Source of the DNA: Xylographa opegraphella
Taxonomy: Eukaryota
Direction: 5' to 3'
Assembly (NCBI GenBank): GCA_022813865.1
Contig: JALDZX010000025.1
Span: 186,001-250,000, forward strand
DNA length: 64,000 bases
Part shown: positions 50,182-61,358 of the stretch, one piece after another
Layout: every line of letters starts with the position of its first letter
Position numbering within the stretch: the stretch's first letter is position 1
Position numbers and translations under genes: made by a program
The notes under the pieces: model-generated
Seen by the model: only the letters and a program-made list of their open reading frames with translations
Told to the model about the DNA's origin: nothing
The model's database searches: none

Positions 50182-51091
50182 TCAAGCCCTAATAACCTTC
50201 CGCTTGACCTTCTTCCCCGCCGCGCCCCCCACCGCCCCACCCTCGCCCCCCACCCCCGGCAACGCCCCTCCCATCTCCTGCATCATATCCTTGAACATAT
50301 TCTCCGACACCCCGCCCCCACTCACGGCCGGCGAATGCAGCGGCAACACGTCCCCCATTTTCCAGCCCCGCGGCTTCGCGGGCGGCGGCAACGGCCCGTC
50401 CGGCAGCGGCAGGCCCGCGATACGCATGCCCGCGCGGAACGGCGACTCCGCCGTCGTGGGGTGCGCCTGCAGGTGGCGCGCCACGAGGATGTACAGATGA
50501 TGCTCTAAGAGGCGGGATACGTCAGCCTCCCCCCTTCCCTTTCCCCCGCAACGTTTTACAGATCGCGGGGATAGCGCAAACCCCGGAGGGAGACTCACTG
50601 TTCTTCACCGCCCCCGCGCCCTCCGCGTCCGCGCTCCGCAGGCCGACCTTCACCCTCCCCGGATTAGCCCAGTCGCGCGGATGCGTCTTCCCCACCTCCA
50701 GCACGACAGGCAAGCCCAGCCCACCGGCCGCGTCCGCGATCTCGCGCGCGAGCGGGTTCAGCACCGCAAGCGTGCGCGCCACGCGTCGTCCCTCGGCGCG
50801 CGAGCGCGCGCCGTCGAAGTAGACCGGGTACAGGCACTGCCAGTCCTTGTAGCGGGCGCTATCGAGCGCAGGCGCGGCGGGGGAGGTCGGGGCGCGGAAG
50901 TGTGGTTGGAGGGAGGCTTGGCTGGGTGGTGGTTGGGCGGGAGGGTGTGTGGCTGTGGTGGTGGAGAGGTGGTGGATGCGCGTGGGGGGCTGCGTGGGGC
51001 GCATGTAGTCTGCTGGGTCCATGTCGGAGGGGTCGGAGGCGGAGGAGGAGGAGGAGGACGGGACTTCTTCGATGCGGGGGTTGAGTGACAT
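50182..51091 (-). CDS. SEC65: Signal recognition particle subunit Sec65/SRP19
   Basis: Start MSLNPRIEEV. Motifs WQCLYPVYFD..RSRAEGRRV, KTHPRDWANPGRVKV; intron 50598-50505; VKNKHHLY; LPLHSPAVSGGG. Confidence 0.93.
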
Positions 51092-51483
51092 TTTTTTCTT
51101 TTGGGGAGAGGGAGGGGGGTGTGAGGGGGAAGGTGTGAGGAGGAGGGGGGGTGGTTGTGCTGAAGTGGGTGGTGATGCTGGATGGTGTTTTTGTGCATGC
51201 GGGATGGTGGGGGTGCGGGAAGGGCGCTTGCGGGCGCGGCTAATCAGCCCTATGGTTAAGGGGCTTCTTGTGAGTGCTTGAGAGTCTTGGATGGTACTCG
51301 GCGACTCGATGGGGCTAGATCTAAGGCAATACACGAGATGATCCCTATTCGGCGTTTTCTGAGGAAAGCAGCTCGAAATATATATTTGCTGGGTGAGGAG
51401 AGATCGGAATTTAGCCTCCGAATTTCTCACAACACGACTTTGATTTTTGTATCTCGTCTACGCCACTCACCCAATCCCCATCC

Positions 51484-52574
51484 CTAAGCCTTCCCGTTCC
51501 CACTCACCACCACCCCATCCCCACTCCTATTCACCCTCCGACCCCCCTCCCCCCCCTTCGTCAACGGCATCACCGCCTCCCTCCCCACCTGCAACGACCC
51601 CATCAGCCCCATCAAAGCCATCACATCCGCCGCCACAATCACGAGCGCCTTCCCCCCAAGCGAGCGCTCAAACCCTTGCATCCCCGTCAAGGCGAACCCC
51701 GCCTTCGCCACGGCCGGATGCCGGGCCATCGTATCATCAAACAGCTGCACGGCGTCCAGCCACTCCGGCTCCGCGCCGCCCATGCCCCCATTACCAGGCA
51801 AGCCCATACTAACGCGCAGGTCCAGCGTGCCGAGCCAGACGGCGTCGATACCGGGTACCTCGGTGAGGATGCGGTCGAGGTTGTGGAGGCCGGCCAGGGT
51901 TTCGATCTGGATCATCACGGCGGCGGCGTCGTTGAGGTTGCCGTGGATGCCGAGCGGGTTGGTGGCGTCGTGGCATGTGTCCGTGAGGCCGGGCGCGAGT
52001 CGGAAGGGGGGCGCGGAGCGCGTGCCACGGGCGTGGGTGCCGAATTTGGAGGCGGAGAGGACGTGCTGGGCTTGTGCCACGGTGTCGACTTGGGGGACGA
52101 CGACAGAGGCGCCGGCGTCGAGGGCGTAGCCGATGGCGGCGTGGTCGTGGCCGGGGACACTAGGTAGAATGTCAGTGAGGGTGGGGGGGACTGTGAAGGG
52201 AATGGGATGTGGGGCACAGGAAACCATGATGAGAAAGGAGTCGGTGAGAAATGCAGTACACTCAGGAAAATCGATACGTACCGCACAAAGGGAATCGTCT
52301 TGCCCTCGGACATGAACATGATCTCGTGCACGATCGTCGTCATCGTCTCCACGCCGCACGACGAGTGCTCCCAGTCCACCCAGACCATATCGTAGCCCAT
52401 CGGTGCCACGAAGCGGGCGGTGGGGATGGTGCTGAGACCGAGATACAAGCCGATCAGGGGCGCGATCTTGCCGCTGTTCGCATCACGCAGTGCTTGGCGG
52501 GCACGGTGAGGTTGGAAGAGGGAGGGGCTTCGGTAGGCGGCCATGCCGAGGGGAGTGGTGGATTGGGAAGACAT
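51484..52574 (-). CDS. HpcH/HpaI-family aldolase (macrophomate-synthase-like)
   Basis: Exons 52574-52282 and 52159-51484. Motifs VWVDWEHS, VRVPGHD, ALDAGA.VVVPQVDT, MIQIET, GIDAVWLGTLDL. Confidence 0.88.
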
Positions 52575-53674
52575 GGGTGATGGTCGAGAGGTCAACAGCC
52601 AGGAAATGAAATAGGATCGGTGGAGGGATAGGTGGACAATGAGAGGAATCGCGGGAGGCGGTGGGGGAAGAATCAGGATGAGAGCAGATTCTTATAGTCA
52701 ATGGTAGGTAGTTCCTCCGTCCTTCACAGCGAACGGATGACATTCATGTAGCGGATGAGGTAAGCCAGAAGGATAAGCTGCGAATAGGGCTGCATGAAGA
52801 TCATATTACCTACCTCAGTAAGGTAAGGTAGTCAAAGCTTTGGTAGCTTACCTTAAGACGTCGGTCTCACCAACTGCTCACCGCCCAGGGTCGCGTTCTG
52901 CGGCTGTGCTTTTGGCGCTACAACAAACAAACAGTCAACGCGAAGGATCAGAGAAGCAATCAGCTCGCGCTATCCAAGTGCGCACCGACATGCCTGGGAA
53001 AGGAAAGCAAAGCCAGCGACCCCTCAGAAAATGTCAGAAGGGGAGTTTAATGAACAAGCTCACAAAAGCCAAGTGCAGCGAATGGCGAAGTCGTGCTACT
53101 ACATCCTTGCCACTCACAAGCTGCATCACCCCCTGTTGCTCCCTTGCCACTCACGTAGTCACACAAACCCATTCCCCTCAGTGCCTGGCTCGAAACCCCG
53201 AGGAAACGATACGGTGCTGCATTAAAACACGAGGATGTGCTGTCCCAAAAACAACGGCCCCGATCCCGCGGCGTGTATATCACACGCTAAAACCGTCTTG
53301 GGAGCGGCTGAAGCGGCAAAACGGATTGGGTGTCACTACCGTGTCAGAAGGAGTAGGTAGACAGATGCAGGTGTCTTTGTGCGAAGCACATGCACTGTCA
53401 GGATAAGTACCTTAGGTAAGATGGTCTGCGTTGCAAAGTATGGTAAGCGCTTGTACGTTGAAGGTAAAGCACAGACGCATCAAGCTTTCTCCACACATAC
53501 TCCCAAAGCCGGTTTCAAACCCATCACCCAGGATCCACTAACTCTGCGAACTCGCTTTTGGAAGGTCTTCCGCAACACATCTGACCAAACGCCTCAGCAA
53601 CTCTGGCAAGAGTATCTGAAGCTTCAAGAAGCCTCACAGCGCCTCGTAGGGAACACCCGGCATCGAAGGAGATA

Positions 53675-53700
53675 AGGTAAGGTAGTTAGTTACCTTACCT
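53675..53700. repeat. Perfect 10-bp inverted repeat (aggtaaggta-N6-taccttacct)
   Basis: Directly visible. Related motifs at 52806-52855 and 53405-53420. Confidence 0.85.
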
Positions 53701-54149
53701 AGTTCGTTACCTATCTCACCTCAGCCCGCATAGTCGGACAACGCCAAAAGCCCCCAAGTGAGCGAATGACTTTCTCGCGAATACATACTCTCTCGTCAGC
53801 AGCAGTAGATACTCCGCAATCTCCGTTCCGCAAGAGATGCCCAGTCGGGCATATGAAACGATTCACGCTCGTCATCGTGAAATACCAAACTACTGAAAAG
53901 GGAGATCGAGTTGGATTTATTTACATGTTAGGTACAATTCCACTATATCATCCAGGCTATCGATGCCGACATGAACACGCCTGGCAGCACGTCCGCCCTT
54001 GTAGTATCCACAACAGCTCCGAAACGCCCAGACTACCTCTCGCTTTTCCGTCATCGAGCGTAGTTTCGTCATCCTTCGTAAGCTCATGATGCATTCCTCA
54101 CTTCAGCTCCCCATCACAGCCACACGCTCCGGGCACGCCCGTGCCGCGA

Positions 54150-56948
54150 TTACTCGTACAGATCCATCGACGGATCTGCATCCGCTATCCCGTTCTCCAA
54201 TTCCGCCACCGCGTCGTCTTCGTCCATCATATCCTCGTCCTCACTTTCTTCCGCGTGGTTGCTCAAGACGGTGATCCGACCATCGTCAAGAACCACTCTG
54301 GCGACCTCCCCATCCCGAATACCGCCCCTGAGGATCAACACCGCCAACCGATTGAGCACTTCTTTCTCGATCAGCCGCGCCAGCGGTCGTGCACCGTAAG
54401 CCGGTGAATATCCTGCCGAGCCGAGATAGTCCTTCACTTCGTCGGTGCAGTAGATGGTGACCTTCCGATCATTGGATGCCAACCGACGTTGAATCTCCTC
54501 AAGACGCACGTCGACAATCTTGCGAATCTCGCGGCGGGTGAGGCGATTGAAGATAACGATGCTGGAGATGCGGTTGAGGAATTCGGGGAGGAAGTAGCTG
54601 CGCAAGGTGTTCATGACCAGCTCCTTGGTCGTAGGGTCGATTTTACCATCTGGAGCGTTTTGTCGCGCCAGATACTCGGCTCCTAAATTCGATGTCATGA
54701 CAACGATACAGTTGCTGGCATCGACGATACGTCCCTGACCATCAGTGATGCGGCCGTCATCCATGAGCTGGAGAAGGACAGTGAGCACCTCCTTCGCAGC
54801 TTTCTCGACTTCGTCGAAGAGGAGGATCGAGAAAGGTCGTCGACGAAGGTTTTCAGTAAGTTGACCGCCGGCATCGTGGCCGACGTACCCAGGGGGTGCA
54901 CCTATCATCCGACTCAATGAATGCCGTTCTTGATATTCGGACATGTCGAAGCGGATCATAGCCTTGGGGTCGTCGAAGAGGAATTCGGCCAGAGCTTTCG
55001 TCAGTAGCGTCTTCCCGGTGCCGGACGGACCACAGAAGAGAAAACTCGGTGGCTGGTTAGGATTACTGAGACCGGAACGTTGCAGACGAATGGCGTTCGA
55101 GACAGAAGTCACAGCTTCCTTCTGCCCAATAACCACTTTACCAAGATACTTCTCCATCTGAAGTAACTTGTCCTTTTCTGTAGTTTTGAGGCGGGTGACG
55201 GGAATACCTGTCCACCGCGCAACGATTTCATTGATCTGATCCGGGCCAACTTCATCGGTGAGCATCGCGTTCCCTCCTTCTCCGCCTCCTCGCGCGTACT
55301 GGTCGGCATCGGCACGAGCTCGGTCGGCCTCGAGTTTGTCTATTAGGGCTTTGACATCGGGGATGGCGTAGTATTTGAGATCTGAAGCAGTCTCGATATC
55401 CTTGTTCCTCTCTGCCTCTTCTTGTTTCACTTTGAGCACATCGAGTTTCATCTTCTGTTCTTGAATGTCTTTGCTTCGCTGTTTTTCAGTCTCATACTTC
55501 TCTCGCAGGGGGGAGAGCTCTTCTTGAACATTGGCTGCTTCGGCTCGTGCCTGTTCGAGACGTGCTTTGGCAGCATCGTCTTTTTCTCGTTCCAGAGCGT
55601 GTATTTCAATCTGTAATTGGGCCAATCTTCGTTCCATCGTGTCGAGGACTTCCGGCTGAGATTCGCGGGTGACTCGGACTGCGGCCGCAGCCTCGTCGAT
55701 CAGATCAACTGCGGAATCGGGCAGGCGACGAGCAGTGAGGTACCGAGCCGCAAGAGTAGCTGCAGCCACGATGGCACCATCAGAGATATTGACACCGTGA
55801 TGAACTTCGTACTTTTCCTTCAGACCACGTAGAATCGAAACAGTCTCTGGTATTGAAGGCTCCTTGACCAGAACCTGCTGAAATCGGCGTTCGAAAGCGG
55901 CATCCTTTTCAATATATTTCCGATACTCGTTCAGAGTCGTCGCTCCAATGCAATGTAGTTGACCCCTGGCGAGCATAGGTTTCAAGAGATTGGCAGCATC
56001 CATTCCTCCTTCACCACTTGAACCAGCACCCATCAATAAATGGATTTCGTCGACGAAGAGGACAATCATCTCCTTGGCGCTTTCGATCTCTTTCAAAACG
56101 CCCTTCATCCGCTCCTCGAATTCTCCTCGATACTTACTTCCTGCCACCAAAGAACCCACGTCCAGGGACAGTAACTTGCATGCTGCCAGGTTGGCCGGTA
56201 CATCTGCGTTGACAATGCGGGTTGCCAATCCTTCGACCACTGTAGTTTTCCCCACCCCCGGTTCTCCGATCAAGACCGGGTTGTTCTTCGTGCGCCGGGA
56301 CAAGATGCGGATCACCCGTCGTATCTCTTCTTCTCGGCCAATTACCGGGTCGATCTTGCCCTCCCTTGCTAAGGAAGTCATGTCAATTGTGAATTTCTTG
56401 AGGTTTTCGTTTTCTTCTTCCGAATCCGCGGTTTTGGAGTCCACGCGCTTGGTCCCCCGGATCTGCTGAATAGCACTATCGATGAGCTTCGTGTTCGGAA
56501 TGTTCGCATCTGCCAAGCATCGCTGTATCGCGCTGTCCTGGGCCAAGGCTGTGATGAGGTGATCGATCGCGATGAAGCTATCTTTCTGTGTCTTCTGCAG
56601 CTCACTCGCCGATCGTAAGACCTTTGAGAATTGGGGCGATACAGAGACATGTTCTGGCGGAGGATCTTGACTCGGCAACCTGACCAAGGCTTTCTTCATA
56701 GCTCGGTCGAGTAATTGGGGATCCCCATGGGCTCTCTCCACCACTTGGCGGAAGAGTGGGGCAGAAGCGCTGGCATGAGAAGCGTCGACCTTTACCTGTT
56801 GGTCTTTGGACTCGTCTGGTGGAGGGTCGAGGAGGGACACTGCGAGATGGAGGGGGATAATCTGGGAGTGGGCGTATTGCTCGGCAAGATTGTGAGCGTC
56901 ACTCAGTGCTTTCTGCGCCCTGTCGGTGAACTGCAGGCCCGAAGCCAT
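54150..56948 (-). CDS. HSP104: Hsp104/ClpB disaggregase
   Basis: Intronless 932 aa. Two AAA+ modules (GEPGVGKT, GPSGTGKT), KYRGEFEER, GAPPGYVGH, YGARPL, acidic tail. Confidence 0.97.
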   Translation of the reverse strand: MASGLQFTDRAQKALSDAHNLAEQYAHSQIIPLHLAVSLLDPPPDESKDQQVKVDASHASASAPLFRQVVERAHGDPQLLDRAMKKALVRLPSQDPPPEHVSVSPQFSKVLRSASELQKTQKDSFIAIDHLITALAQDSAIQRCLADANIPNTKLIDSAIQQIRGTKRVDSKTADSEEENENLKKFTIDMTSLAREGKIDPVIGREEEIRRVIRILSRRTKNNPVLIGEPGVGKTTVVEGLATRIVNADVPANLAACKLLSLDVGSLVAGSKYRGEFEERMKGVLKEIESAKEMIVLFVDEIHLLMGAGSSGEGGMDAANLLKPMLARGQLHCIGATTLNEYRKYIEKDAAFERRFQQVLVKEPSIPETVSILRGLKEKYEVHHGVNISDGAIVAAATLAARYLTARRLPDSAVDLIDEAAAAVRVTRESQPEVLDTMERRLAQLQIEIHALEREKDDAAKARLEQARAEAANVQEELSPLREKYETEKQRSKDIQEQKMKLDVLKVKQEEAERNKDIETASDLKYYAIPDVKALIDKLEADRARADADQYARGGGEGGNAMLTDEVGPDQINEIVARWTGIPVTRLKTTEKDKLLQMEKYLGKVVIGQKEAVTSVSNAIRLQRSGLSNPNQPPSFLFCGPSGTGKTLLTKALAEFLFDDPKAMIRFDMSEYQERHSLSRMIGAPPGYVGHDAGGQLTENLRRRPFSILLFDEVEKAAKEVLTVLLQLMDDGRITDGQGRIVDASNCIVVMTSNLGAEYLARQNAPDGKIDPTTKELVMNTLRSYFLPEFLNRISSIVIFNRLTRREIRKIVDVRLEEIQRRLASNDRKVTIYCTDEVKDYLGSAGYSPAYGARPLARLIEKEVLNRLAVLILRGGIRDGEVARVVLDDGRITVLSNHAEESEDEDMMDEDDAVAELENGIADADPSMDLYE

Positions 56949-57153
56949 TGTGATATTGTTGTGTGGGTAATTAAGTCAAGCTGAAACAGCGCCTCTTCAA
57001 TTGAGACCTGCAACAATTTCGAATTTGATGTTGAGCTTGTGTGTGTGTGTTTGGTACGTGTTGTGAGACTACTCTCAGGGCTTGAAGTCGAGGATGTTAA
57101 AGTATTCGAGAGGAGGGGAAAATGGAAACGGACAGCCAAGGCATAAAGAAGAA

Positions 57154-57211
57154 GAATGTTCGGGGCGTGGCCGGACAGGGCCTGGATGTTGTAGAAAGCA
57201 CTGGTAGCTTC
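57154..57211. promoter_or_regulatory. Heat-shock-element-like nGAAn arrays upstream of HSP104
   Basis: GAAtgTTC at 57154-57161; phased degenerate GGA-tg-TTG-ta-GAA-ag-CAC-tg-GTA-gc-TTC at 57184-57211; TGAGTCA at 57273-57279. Confidence 0.5.
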
Positions 57212-59173
57212 GCGGGCCTTCGCTCATTCGAGCGTCATAGGGCTGGTAGCGCACTGAGCCGAGCATGACAGCTGAGTCAGCAGCTAAGCACATCGACGTG
57301 GCTTCCTAACCGTAGAGGCTTAGTGCGCCCATGCTCGCTTCTCGCAGTTCTCCCACTTCCGTATTCAAAAGGCCAATAATTGAGATTTGTTGAAATGTTA
57401 CCAGTATGCTAGGTTTGTGGCATGAACCATTCAACTGTTGCCTAACGACATGCATTGTTTGTGCAATAGGCAGCAAACCCTTACCTGCAATCCTGTATTT
57501 GAGATTTATGTTTGCCGAATTCTACGTGTAACATACATTGATACCCTCTAAACAGACAACCGTATTGCGTCAGAGTCTCTTCGAGAAGAAATCCCATTCT
57601 CTAGTAAATATTCTTGGTTGGCACGAGAAAACACAGGAATGGGGAAACGCAAGTACAGCCTTGTCGACGTGTCGGCAGATCACTCGTTGAAGTGCGAAAG
57701 TACAACCACCATACATTCGCAGCTAGAGACTAAAGACCCTAACCAGCTTAAGCTGTTCTGCGGATGACAAGTTCTCTCTTTTTAGAACAACTTGTGGGGC
57801 CAATAATTCCCAATACTAGCATTGCAGAACGAATGGCCCTCCGCTACATGCCAGTCCTTGAACCGGGCTAAGAGACCTCATAATTGGCCACTCGATCATA
57901 GTGAGCCGTCAACGTACGTGGAACAGGAAGCTCGGATGGGAGATGTTACATGCCGTCAAGGGCATCAGGAAAGAAAGCAACTGAATCCTCTTTCCAGGAA
58001 CTGCTGACTACTACGTGAAGCGCGGGAATAACCTCAGAAGCACTTCGACCTCGCCTGCACCTGTGAACTCTGCAGTCCATTGGATTCAAGTCACATGGCT
58101 GGAGACGCTTAAGCTGTCGCACAATCGCTGACCAATAGCAACCGTACGAGACAGTTCGTCTTCTAAACAGTCTCGAGCCCTTCTTCCAGCATACGCGCCG
58201 GCAGGCCCACCTTCCGACGCTACATGTAGTACAGACGGTCCACGCTCGTCTACCGCGGCTGTAGCACCATGCCTACGCAGTCGTCATCCTGCAGAGAGAT
58301 GCGGGGCTGGCGGAGGTGCAGACATATGAGAGTCGACCGTAAGCGAATGAGGAAAGATAGTTTGCAGCAACGGTTTTCGACAGGGTATGCCTCGCAGCTC
58401 GGACGACACAGTTCGTTAAGGCGCGGGCAGAAGTAAGGAAGCTAGAGAAAGGCAAGGGCCGAAAAGATGGACGGTTCGACCGTGGCCCACAGACGTTGGA
58501 GAATGGCACGAATAATCGAGAGCGTTGTAGAGTGAGACACAGAGATCAGAGAAATGAAAGACGATAGAACTGCATTCGGTGCAAAGCCGAAGCCACTATA
58601 TTTCACTCGCGAAGCACCATCTCCAGCCAGCCGATCACGACTCCACCGGCGCATTCATCCAGCCAGCTTCGCTAGATTACCGGAAAGCTGGAGAAAGACC
58701 CCATCTTGCGCAAGGAGCACAGCCAATGGCTAGACGAGGCTGCATGCCCTCATCTCCACACATCTTATTAGCTAATCTCTGTACCACCCGTCCGTAGTTA
58801 TACCTGCTCCCCTCTTCTAGAAGCCTTCCTCCTCAATTGAATAACGGCCGTTGAGGCAGGTAGTGCCTTTGCGGCTGTAGGCATTGTTGTCCCGCCAGCC
58901 AGCCGATTCGCTGCTCGACCGCGACCTACACGGCCGGTTGAACGATGCACCATGCCGATTCGGGACCAGCAGCCAATGGCGATGAGATCGAGCCCACCGT
59001 GAATGGGGTCGATGTGGTGGGATAAAGCGCGTCTCACTTCATCATCTGCCCACTCGTCAGCTGTTTTGAAGCTTTGTGGGTATTAGCGTCGCCTGGATAG
59101 CTACAGCTTTATACAACTCCTGCCCGGCCGCTGCCCCTTCCACGCACCCACGAATCCGCAGCGTCTGCTCACG

Positions 59174-60864
59174 ATGGCTCTCTTCTCGGACGCCCGCTCC
59201 GCTGGCTGGACGTTCTCGTCCCTTGCTACCGCTGCTCTCGTCGGCGTATGTCTCACGACCACCTACCCTCTCCCCCCATTCTCCATCTCCATAACCAAAC
59301 CCCCGCCCTGAAATAGCTCACATTGACCCCCGTCGTTTTTCATAGCTACTCGCCTACGCCCTCTCGCGCGCCATCTACAACATTTACTTCCACCCCCTCT
59401 CCGCCTTTCCCGGGCCCCGCTTCGCCGCCGCGACCAAGATCCCCGTCGTGTACGCCGCGCTCGCGGGCAACACTCCGCGCTGGCTGCACGCCCTGCACAC
59501 GGCATACGACTCGGACGTGATCCGCACGTCGCCCGACGAGCTCTCGTTCACGGCGCCGGCGGCGTGGCACGACATGTACGCGCAGGTGCCGGGGCGCAAG
59601 GCCCTGCCCAAGGACATGCGCCTCTTCGTCGGCATCGACAGCATCATCACCGCCAACGACGCCGACCACTCGCGGCTGCGCCGCATCCTCGCGCACGCCT
59701 TCTCCGACAAGGCCCTGCGCGAGCAGGAACCGCTGCTGCAGACGCACGTCGACGCCTTCGTGGCCGGCATGCGCGAGCGCGCCGGCGGCCCCGTCGACGT
59801 GACGCCGTGGTTCAGCTACTACACCTTCGACGTGATCGGCGACCTGGCGTTCGGCGAGCCCTTCGACTGCCTGCGCGACGCGCGCCTGCACCCGTGGGTG
59901 GCCGCGCTCTTCCAGGCGCTGCAGTTTGTCGTCTTCGTCTCCGCCACCATGCAGTTCCCGCCCGCGCACCGCGCCCTGCGCGCCTGCATCCCCGCCAGCC
60001 TGCTGCGCGGCCGCAACACGCTGCTGGGCCGGTCGGCGGCGACGGTGGACCGGCGCCTCGCGCGCGCCGACGCCGCCGGCCGCCGCGACTTCATGCACTA
60101 CATCCTGCGCCAGACGGCCGACAAGGGCATGTCGCGCGCGGAGGTGCACGGCAACGCGGCCTCGCTCATCGTCGCTGGCGGCGAGACCTCGTCCGGCATC
60201 CTCACCGGCGCGCTGTACCTGCTGCTCACGCACCCGGCGCACCACGCCCGCCTCGTGCGCGAGATCCGCGCCGCCTGCCCCACGCCCGCCGCCCTCACCG
60301 TCGCCGCTCTGTCGCGCCTGCCCTTCCTGCACGCCGTCCTCGACGAGGCCTTCCGCGTCTACCCCCCCGCGCTGCAGGGCCAGCCGCGCACCGTGCCCGC
60401 CCCCGGCGCCACCGTCGCCGGCTACCGCGTCCCCGCCGGCACCGGCGTCCAGCTCAACCAGTTCGCCGCCTACCACTCCCCGGCCAATTTCCGCGACCCG
60501 GAGACCTTCGACCCCGCGCGCTGGATGGGCGACGAGCGCTACGCGAGCGATCGCCGCGAGGTGTTGCAGCCGTTTAGCGTCGGGGCGCGCAACTGTATCG
60601 GCAAGAAGTGAGTAGTTTACCCCCCCCGGAGTTAATTGTTTTGGTAAGTATGGGGGTTATTCGTGGCTGATGGGGACGGTGACTAGTCTTGCGAATGCGG
60701 AGATTCGCCTCCTGCTCGCTAATCTGCTGTTCCACTTCGACGTCTCGCTCGATGCGGCGGCGGTGGATCCGCAGTGGCGGGTGCAGAAGGCGTGGTTCGT
60801 GTGGCAGCGCAAGCCGCTGGTGGTGCGGTTTGTCGAGAGGGTGGTGGGGGAGGGGGGGAGGTGA
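59174..60864 (+). CDS. Cytochrome P450 (resembles CYP65/Tri11-type tailoring P450s)
   Basis: Exons 59174-59245, 59346-60607, 60687-60864. TM anchor, FHPLSAFPGP, AFSDKALREQE, AGGETS, EAFR, PARW, heme motif PFSVGARNCIG. Confidence 0.93.
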
Positions 60865-61358
60865 TTGTGTGTGTAAGTGTGTCTTTGGGGAGGGAGGGGA
60901 GACGGGGAAAAGGAGAATGGAAATGGGGATTGGATTAAGTGTTGGATGATAGGCAATTCCTGGGCACGCTTACTGGGTTCTCAATGAGAGATGTTGTGGT
61001 GTAGGTAGTGCGGAGCAGAGGCAGAGTGGTGTACTTACCGTAGCAGACCACAAACCACAAACCACAAATCAGCACCACCCAGTCCTGACTTTCCCCTTCG
61101 AGTAGACAGACTGCTCACATGACACGCCAGTGCATGGGTACAGAGAATGGGGCATAACACCGAAGCAAGCAAAGGTGGCCAGGAAGTCATACAGCTCAGC
61201 AGCGCCCCCCCGCCCCCCTCACGAAGGCAACGCAGCACTTAATCTATATACAACCGAAAACGAACGAAACGAACGAAACGCACCACCCCTCTCCCCTACC
61301 TTCCAAAAACCCACTCCACCCCCTCCTCCTCACATCACCCCCCACCCCTTCCACCCAC

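Noticed and set aside
52840..53406. 188-aa ORF in the palindrome-bounded segment
   Set aside because: Non-ATG start, no recognisable motif or codon bias.
57736..57744. ACCCTAACC, a possible telomerase RNA template in a long intergenic region
   Set aside because: A 9-mer can occur by chance. I saw no pseudoknot, CR4/5-like element, or Sm site plus splice signal downstream.
49007..60864. NmrA + aldolase + P450 as a secondary-metabolite cluster
   Set aside because: No core synthase, transporter or pathway regulator, and the genes are interrupted by SEC65 and HSP104.
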